Positions 58,727-64,000 of a stretch of DNA of 64,000 nt are shown piece by piece. A program made the position numbers and the translations under genes. The stretch covers positions 2,976,001 through 3,040,000 of the forward strand of contig OY970218.1 of assembly GCA_963713975.1 (NCBI GenBank). Reading direction: 5' to 3'. Source of the DNA: an uncultured Chloroflexia bacterium. Lineage in GTDB: Bacteria; Chloroflexota; Limnocylindria; Limnocylindrales; CSP1-4. The number at the start of each line of letters is the position of its first letter. Position 1 is the stretch's first letter. The notes under the pieces were generated by a model, which did no database searches, was not told the DNA's origin, and saw only the letters and a list, made by a program, of their open reading frames with translations.

Positions 58727-59462
58727 CGAAGGTCGGGTGAAGGTCCACGGGAGTGCCCCGGCTGCGCTTGCGGGCGACCAGGTTGAGCATCTCGACGAAG
58801 ACCGAGAAACCCATCGCCACGTACACGTAGCCCTTGGGGACGTGGAACCCGACACCGTCTGCGATCAGCGTGACGCCGATCAGCAAGAGGAATGAGAGGG
58901 CCAGCATCTTGACCGTCGGGTGCTCGTGGACGAAGCGCGAGATCGGGCCCGACGCGAACAGCATGACGCCGACGGCCAGCACGACCGCGATGATCATGAT
59001 CGCGACGTCGTTCGCCATGCCCACCGCGGTCAGCACCGAGTCCAGGGAGAAGACGATGTCGAGGATCACGATCTGGACCAGCACCGAGCCCATCGAGGCG
59101 GCCGGGCCGCTGACCGTGTGACCCTCGTCGCCCTCCAGCGCCTCGTGGATCTCCGTGGTGGCCTTCCAGATCAGGAACAGGCCGCCGCCGATGAGGATCA
59201 GGTCCCTGACCGACACGGGGTGGTCGGCGATGGTGACCACGGGCTGCGTGAGCCCGACGATCCAGGTGATCGACAGCAGCAGCAGGATCCGCATTCCCAT
59301 CGCCAGGACCAGGCCGATGGTGCGGGCCCGGTCGCGCTGGTCATCGGGCAGGCGCTGGACCAGCACCGAGATGAACACGACATTGTCGATGCCGAGCACG
59401 ATCTCCATGACCGTGAGGGTCAGCAGGGCGATCCACGCCTCGGGACTCGTCAACCATTCCAT
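58695..59462 (-). CDS. TerC family membrane protein
   Basis: EIVLGIDNVVFI, DIVFSLDSV.TAVG, HPTVKMLALSFL, KGYVY.AM.FS..VE; TACTCT 6 nt before ATG. Confidence 0.92.
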   Translation of the reverse strand: MEWLTSPEAWIALLTLTVMEIVLGIDNVVFISVLVQRLPDDQRDRARTIGLVLAMGMRILLLLSITWIVGLTQPVVTIADHPVSVRDLILIGGGLFLIWKATTEIHEALEGDEGHTVSGPAASMGSVLVQIVILDIVFSLDSVLTAVGMANDVAIMIIAVVLAVGVMLFASGPISRFVHEHPTVKMLALSFLLLIGVTLIADGVGFHVPKGYVYVAMGFSVFVEMLNLVARKRSRGTPVDLHPTFVKEEPAEPAS

Positions 59463-59555
59463 CGCCACAGAGTAGCGGGCATTCGGTCCTCTCCGCCGGG
59501 CGGCCGGCAGTCATGGCCCGGCGACCCGGCGAGAGGCACTACCATCACGGGCAAC

Positions 59556-61223
59556 ATGCCGTCCCGCAGCCTTCCCGTCCTGGACACCATCCCGCCCGTC
59601 GAGCCGCCCTCGGGGCCGAGAGAGCCGCTCGCGCCCAACGACGAGCGTATTGCCGAGTTTCGTCCGGAACCCCGGGCGCTGCCCGCCTTCTACGTGTGGA
59701 CGCTGGGCTGCCAGATGAACAAGAGCGACTCGGAGGAGATGGCGGGCCGCCTGCTGGCCGCCGGCTGTGCCGAGGCGCCGTCCATGGACGAGGCCGACGT
59801 CATCGTCATCAACACGTGTGCCATCCGCGAGGCCGCGGAAGCGAAGGTCGTCGGCCGTCAGGGGCACCTCAGCCGCCTCAAAGCCGCCAGCCCGGGTCTG
59901 CGGGTCGTCCTCACGGGATGCTCTGTCCGCGAGTCGAACCGGGCCGGCCTGCAGCGCCGCTATCCCGCGGTCGACCTGTTCCTGCGGCCGGACGAGGAGC
60001 CCGAGCTGATCGACCGTCTGGGGCTTGCCTCCGCACAGGCACCGGTCGGCGCGCTCGCCGCGACCGCGGCCACGACGGTCGTCAAGGGAGCTCCCGTCTC
60101 GGACGCGACGCACCTGGTGCGAGCTCGCGCCGACGCGATCGCCGGTGGTGCCGTCAGTCGCTCGTCGTCCATCAGCGCCTGGCTGCCGATCATCTACGGG
60201 TGCGACAAGACCTGCACGTACTGCATCGTCCCCTTCAGCCGTGGCCCCGAGCGCAGCCGCCCCTTCGACGAGATCATCGACGAGGCCCGCGGGCTCGCTG
60301 CCGCCGGGTTCCGGGAGGTCACGCTCCTTGGCCAGAACGTCAACAGCTACGGCCATGACCTGCCGGTGGAGCCCCGGTTCGCTCACGTCATCACGGCACG
60401 CTCGGTCGGCCGCCAGCAAGACCGGGAGGCACGACCCGACCTCGCGGAGCTGATTCGCACTATCGACGGGCTGGGTGTGGGCGGGGACGCCCCCTCGCTC
60501 CCGCGCCTGCGGTTCGTCACCTCCCATCCATGGGACCTGTCGGACCGCCTGATCGACGCGATGGCCGACTGCTCGACGGTGTGCCGGGCGCTGCACCTGC
60601 CGGTCCAGTCCGGCGCCGACTCGATGCTGCGGCGGATGGGTCGCCAGTACACGATCGAGCACTACCTCGAACGCCTCGCCCGGATCCGGGAGGCGGTGCC
60701 CGGCATCGCGCTCTCGACCGACATCATTGTCGGGTTCTGCGGCGAGACCGAAGCCGAGTACGAGGCAACCCTGGGCCTGCTGGAGACGGTCCGTTACGAC
60801 CAGGTCTTCGCGGCCGCGTACAGCGAGCGGCCGGGCACGCCCGCAACACGCCTCGCCGACGACGTCCCGGCCGCGGAGAAGCGCCGCCGGCTGGTCGAGC
60901 TCCTGGGCCGCCAGGAGGCCATCGGGTTCGAGCGCAACCGCGCCTGGGTCGGACGGACGGCCGAGGTCCTCGTGGACACGATCGTCCCGCCGCGGAACCA
61001 CGAGCACGACGACGATGGAGACGAGGCGCTCGAGGCGGCCGGGACGGCGACCTCCGCCCGGGATGCCTTCAGGGACCTCGCCGACGGAGCGGTCCACCTC
61101 GCCGGCCGGTCCCGCGAGAACAAGCTGGTCCACGTCGCCGGGTCGCCCGACCTGCTGGGCCGCGAAGTCCGCGTGATGATCGACCACGCCGGGCCGTACG
61201 CGCTCCGCGGCCGGCTGGACTGA
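59556..61223 (+). CDS. miaB: tRNA-2-methylthio-N6-dimethylallyladenosine synthase
   Basis: TLGCQMN, NTCAIRE, GCDKTCTYCIVP radical SAM motif, HLPVQSG, TRAM domain; adjacent to miaA. Confidence 0.92.
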   Translation: MPSRSLPVLDTIPPVEPPSGPREPLAPNDERIAEFRPEPRALPAFYVWTLGCQMNKSDSEEMAGRLLAAGCAEAPSMDEADVIVINTCAIREAAEAKVVGRQGHLSRLKAASPGLRVVLTGCSVRESNRAGLQRRYPAVDLFLRPDEEPELIDRLGLASAQAPVGALAATAATTVVKGAPVSDATHLVRARADAIAGGAVSRSSSISAWLPIIYGCDKTCTYCIVPFSRGPERSRPFDEIIDEARGLAAAGFREVTLLGQNVNSYGHDLPVEPRFAHVITARSVGRQQDREARPDLAELIRTIDGLGVGGDAPSLPRLRFVTSHPWDLSDRLIDAMADCSTVCRALHLPVQSGADSMLRRMGRQYTIEHYLERLARIREAVPGIALSTDIIVGFCGETEAEYEATLGLLETVRYDQVFAAAYSERPGTPATRLADDVPAAEKRRRLVELLGRQEAIGFERNRAWVGRTAEVLVDTIVPPRNHEHDDDGDEALEAAGTATSARDAFRDLADGAVHLAGRSRENKLVHVAGSPDLLGREVRVMIDHAGPYALRGRLD

Positions 61224-61230
61224 GGGCGCG

Positions 61231-62163
61231 GTGCCGCTCGCCCCCATCATCGCGATCGGAGGACCGACCGCAACCGGCAAGACGGGTCTCGCGATCACGC
61301 TCGCGGAGCGGCTGATGGCGATGGGGATCCCTGCCGAGGTCGTGTCCGCGGACTCGCGCCAGGTGTTCCGGGGGCTCGACATCGGGACGGCGAAGGCGAC
61401 ACCCGGTGAGCGGGCACGGGTCGTGCACCACGGTCTGGATCTCGTCGACCCGGACGAGGCGTACTCGATCGCGGACTTCAGGCGCCATGCCCTTGACGCC
61501 CTCGGGTCGCTGGGGGAGCGTGCCGGCGTGGGGATCCTTGCCGGGGGAACGGGCTTCTGGCTGCGTGCCATCACGGCCGGGATCGACACCGAGGCGTTGC
61601 CGTCCGACGCGGAGCTGCGGGCCCGGCTGGAGGCCGACCTCGCACGCGACGGAATCGCGGACCTCGCCGCGCGGCTGGCGGACGTCGCGCCCGGCCTGGC
61701 CTCCCGCACGGACCTGCGCAACCCGCGTCGCGTCGTGCGTGCGCTGGAGATCGCCACGCTGCAGGGCGACGCACCGCTACCCGAGCCGGTCGGCTACCCG
61801 GCGCCCGTGCTCGGCCTCCAGCTCGTGCTCGAGCCCGTCGAGCACCGTCGCCGGATCGAGGCCCGTGCCCGCATCCAGTTCGATGCCGGGCTGGTGGAGG
61901 AGGCCCGAGCCTTGCGCGATCGTTTCGATCCCGGGCTGCCGGCCTTCTCGGCGATCGGGTACCGGGAGAGCTGGGCGGTCCTGGACGGCGACATCGACCT
62001 CGAAACCGCCATCGGGCTCGATACCCAGCGCAACGTCGCCTTCGCGCGGCGCCAGCGGACGTGGTTCCGTCGCGAGCCGGGTCTCTCGGTCCTCGACGCA
62101 ACCGTCGATCCGGCCACAACGGCGATCGGTCACCTCGAGGGGCTCCTCGCCGCCCTCGCGTGA
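61231..62163 (+). CDS. miaA: tRNA dimethylallyltransferase
   Basis: GPTATGKT, DSRQVFRGLDIGTAK, GGTG, RVVRALE, IGYRE, RRQRTWF. Confidence 0.95.
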   Translation: MPLAPIIAIGGPTATGKTGLAITLAERLMAMGIPAEVVSADSRQVFRGLDIGTAKATPGERARVVHHGLDLVDPDEAYSIADFRRHALDALGSLGERAGVGILAGGTGFWLRAITAGIDTEALPSDAELRARLEADLARDGIADLAARLADVAPGLASRTDLRNPRRVVRALEIATLQGDAPLPEPVGYPAPVLGLQLVLEPVEHRRRIEARARIQFDAGLVEEARALRDRFDPGLPAFSAIGYRESWAVLDGDIDLETAIGLDTQRNVAFARRQRTWFRREPGLSVLDATVDPATTAIGHLEGLLAALA

Positions 62164-62205
62164 CCAGCCAGGCCTGGTCCGGGCTGCCGGTATGCTGGTG
62201 CCACC

Positions 62206-63522
62206 ATGAGCCCCCGAGAATTCATCGACCTCGCCCCGCCCGTCGAGAAGGCCTTCCTGCTGGCCGTCGACACCGGCGACGACCCGGGCTGGACGGCCGA
62301 GGACAGCCTCACGGAGCTCGCCGCGCTCGCCGCGACCGCGGGCGCTGACGTCGTGGGCGCCGAGTGGCAGAACCGCCGCCACGTTGATCCCAACTGGTAC
62401 GTGGGCAAGGGCAAGGCGGAGGACCTGCTCCAGGCGAGGTCGGAGACCGGCTTCGACATCCTCGTGGCGGACGATGAGCTCTCGCCCGTCCAGCAGAAGA
62501 ACCTGGAGTCCTTGCTCAACGCCAAGGTCATCGATCGCAGTCGGCTGATCCTCGACATCTTCGCCCTGCATGCCCAGACCCACGAGGGTCGGCTCCAGGT
62601 GGAGCTGGCCCAGCTCGAGTACCAGCTGCCGCGGCTCACGAGGCTCTGGACGCACCTCTCGCGCACGCAGGGCGGCATCGGCTCCAGGGGGCCCGGCGAG
62701 TCCCAGCTCGAGACGGACCGAAGGATCATCCGCGAGCGGATCAAGAAGATGAAGGTCAGAGTCGAGGACGTCCGCCAGCAGCGCGAGACCACCGCACGCG
62801 GCCGGGACCGGCGCCTGTACCCGACGGTCGCGATCGTCGGCTACACGAACGCGGGCAAGTCCACGCTCCTCAACGCCCTCGTTGGGTCGGTCGTGGCGAA
62901 GGCGGAGGACAAGCTGTTCGCGACCCTCGATCCCACGTCACGCCAGGTCAAGCTGGGCGACGGCCAGACTGCCATCGTCACCGACACCGTCGGGTTCATC
63001 CACAAGCTCCCGCACCAGCTGGTGGACGCGTTCAGGGCAACCCTCGAGGAGGTCACGCGCTCGGACGTCCTGGTCGAGGTGGTCGACGCCGCGGACGCAC
63101 ATTCGACCGAGCACCGGGCCACCGTGCAGACCGTCCTTGACGAGCTGGGGGCCGGCGACAAGCCACGCCTGACGACCTTCAACAAGGCAGACCTGCTGTT
63201 CCCTGGCGCCGACGGTGACCGGCCCGCGCCCGCAGTCGCCGGTTCCGTGCTGGTCTCGGCGGTCACCGGCTTCGGCCTGGACACGCTGCGCGCCGAGATC
63301 GCCGCGCTGCTCGCGTCGCTCTGGGAAGAGGTGGACGTCGCCGTGCCATACACCGCCGGAGAGCTGCTCGCGAGGGTGCGCGAGCGAGGAACCGTCGACC
63401 TCGAGTACGGAGACCGGTCTGTGAGCGTGCGTGGCCGCATGGCGCCCGCGATGGCGGGCGAGCTCCGTTCCGCAGCGGAACGCTGGGAGGCGACGCTCGC
63501 GGACGAGGGCGTGGCGCCCTGA
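62206..63522 (+). CDS. hflX: GTPase HflX
   Basis: LQVELAQLEY.LPRL, GPGESQLETDRR, GYTNAGKST, LFATLDPT, DTVGFI, NKAD. Confidence 0.96.
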   Translation: MSPREFIDLAPPVEKAFLLAVDTGDDPGWTAEDSLTELAALAATAGADVVGAEWQNRRHVDPNWYVGKGKAEDLLQARSETGFDILVADDELSPVQQKNLESLLNAKVIDRSRLILDIFALHAQTHEGRLQVELAQLEYQLPRLTRLWTHLSRTQGGIGSRGPGESQLETDRRIIRERIKKMKVRVEDVRQQRETTARGRDRRLYPTVAIVGYTNAGKSTLLNALVGSVVAKAEDKLFATLDPTSRQVKLGDGQTAIVTDTVGFIHKLPHQLVDAFRATLEEVTRSDVLVEVVDAADAHSTEHRATVQTVLDELGAGDKPRLTTFNKADLLFPGADGDRPAPAVAGSVLVSAVTGFGLDTLRAEIAALLASLWEEVDVAVPYTAGELLARVRERGTVDLEYGDRSVSVRGRMAPAMAGELRSAAERWEATLADEGVAP

Positions 63523-64000
63523 GCGCGCCGGGCACACCGCTCGTGCGCCGCGCCGGCACGGGACGGCTCCCGGGCGGGCGGCACCTCACGTGGACCGTCG
63601 CCGACGGGCGGCGTGGCCGGCGCTGGCGCTCGATCACCACCGGGTCCGACGGGCAGCTGGACGCCGCGCTGCTCCTCGAGGTTGGGGCCGACGGCACGAT
63701 CTGCAAGCTCGAGCTGGCTGGACCGGCAGGGCTGCTCACCCTCCATCCGGGGAGCGGCCAGGCGGTGTTGCACGGGAACGTCGTCCGGCCGTCCGGGATC
63801 GAGCACATCACGCTGCCGTGGTCGCCACGTGATGCGCTCCTCGTCGGCGCGTCGCCTATCACCGCGGCGGTCGCAGCAGGCGTGCTCGAGCACCGGGTCG
63901 GGGTAGGGGAGGGGGCCTCGTTTGCCGCCGTCGAGGTCTCCGAGGACCTGGTGATCCGGCGGGCGACCTGGCGTGCGGCGAGGGTGGGGGAGCGACGGTG
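63519..64000 (+). CDS. Hypothetical protein, runs off the window end
   Basis: Open frame ..RRAGTGRLPGGRHLTWTVADGRRGRRWRS..LLTLHP..LHGNVVRPSG. Start is CTG 63519 (overlapping the hflX stop) or GTG 63543. Confidence 0.6.
   Translation, partial: MSAPGTPLVRRAGTGRLPGGRHLTWTVADGRRGRRWRSITTGSDGQLDAALLLEVGADGTICKLELAGPAGLLTLHPGSGQAVLHGNVVRPSGIEHITLPWSPRDALLVGASPITAAVAAGVLEHRVGVGEGASFAAVEVSEDLVIRRATWRAARVGERR

Noticed and set aside
59463-59555. yybP-ykoY manganese riboswitch before terC
   Set aside because: The gap is ~90 nt and shared with the miaB promoter; terC looks leaderless.

Overview
A very GC-rich bacterial chromosome segment made almost entirely of housekeeping genes. Gene content and style suggest Chloroflexota, possibly Limnocylindria-like; this is inference. 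No mobile element, prophage, CRISPR array or defence island is visible. From left to right it holds: partial ettA; a DUF2252/DUF6325/small repeat-protein unit; small membrane and redox genes; a CPBP protease and a glycosyltransferase fused to a CysRS-C-terminal-like domain; a coupled operon (peptide-binding protein, HExxH peptidase, 2x DUF881); DUF951-MFS-amidohydrolase; two methyltransferases and a disulfide oxidoreductase; a membrane zinc-finger repeat protein; tRNA-Val(GAC) followed by a Thr T-box and thrS-infC-rpmI-rplT-pheS-pheT; cvpA-mpg-mutS2; a class A PBP; tyrS; a his operon led by a TrpR-like regulator with divergent hisA; an EF-G paralog; yebC-ruvC-ruvA; an inserted S9 peptidase; ruvB-tgt-small ORF-recA-recX; rny-ymdB-PHP; terC; miaB-miaA-hflX. 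The best leads are a Tgt with a queuine-salvage-type pocket and no queA, a rod-shaped 6S-like RNA candidate before rny, the CysRS-domain/GT2 fusion, the RanBP2-type zinc-finger membrane protein, a TrpR-like operator between hisR and hisA, a LexA-type box at ruvB, two small ORFs missed by the ORF track, and widespread leaderless promoters. All family assignments come from motif recognition by eye; no database searches were run.
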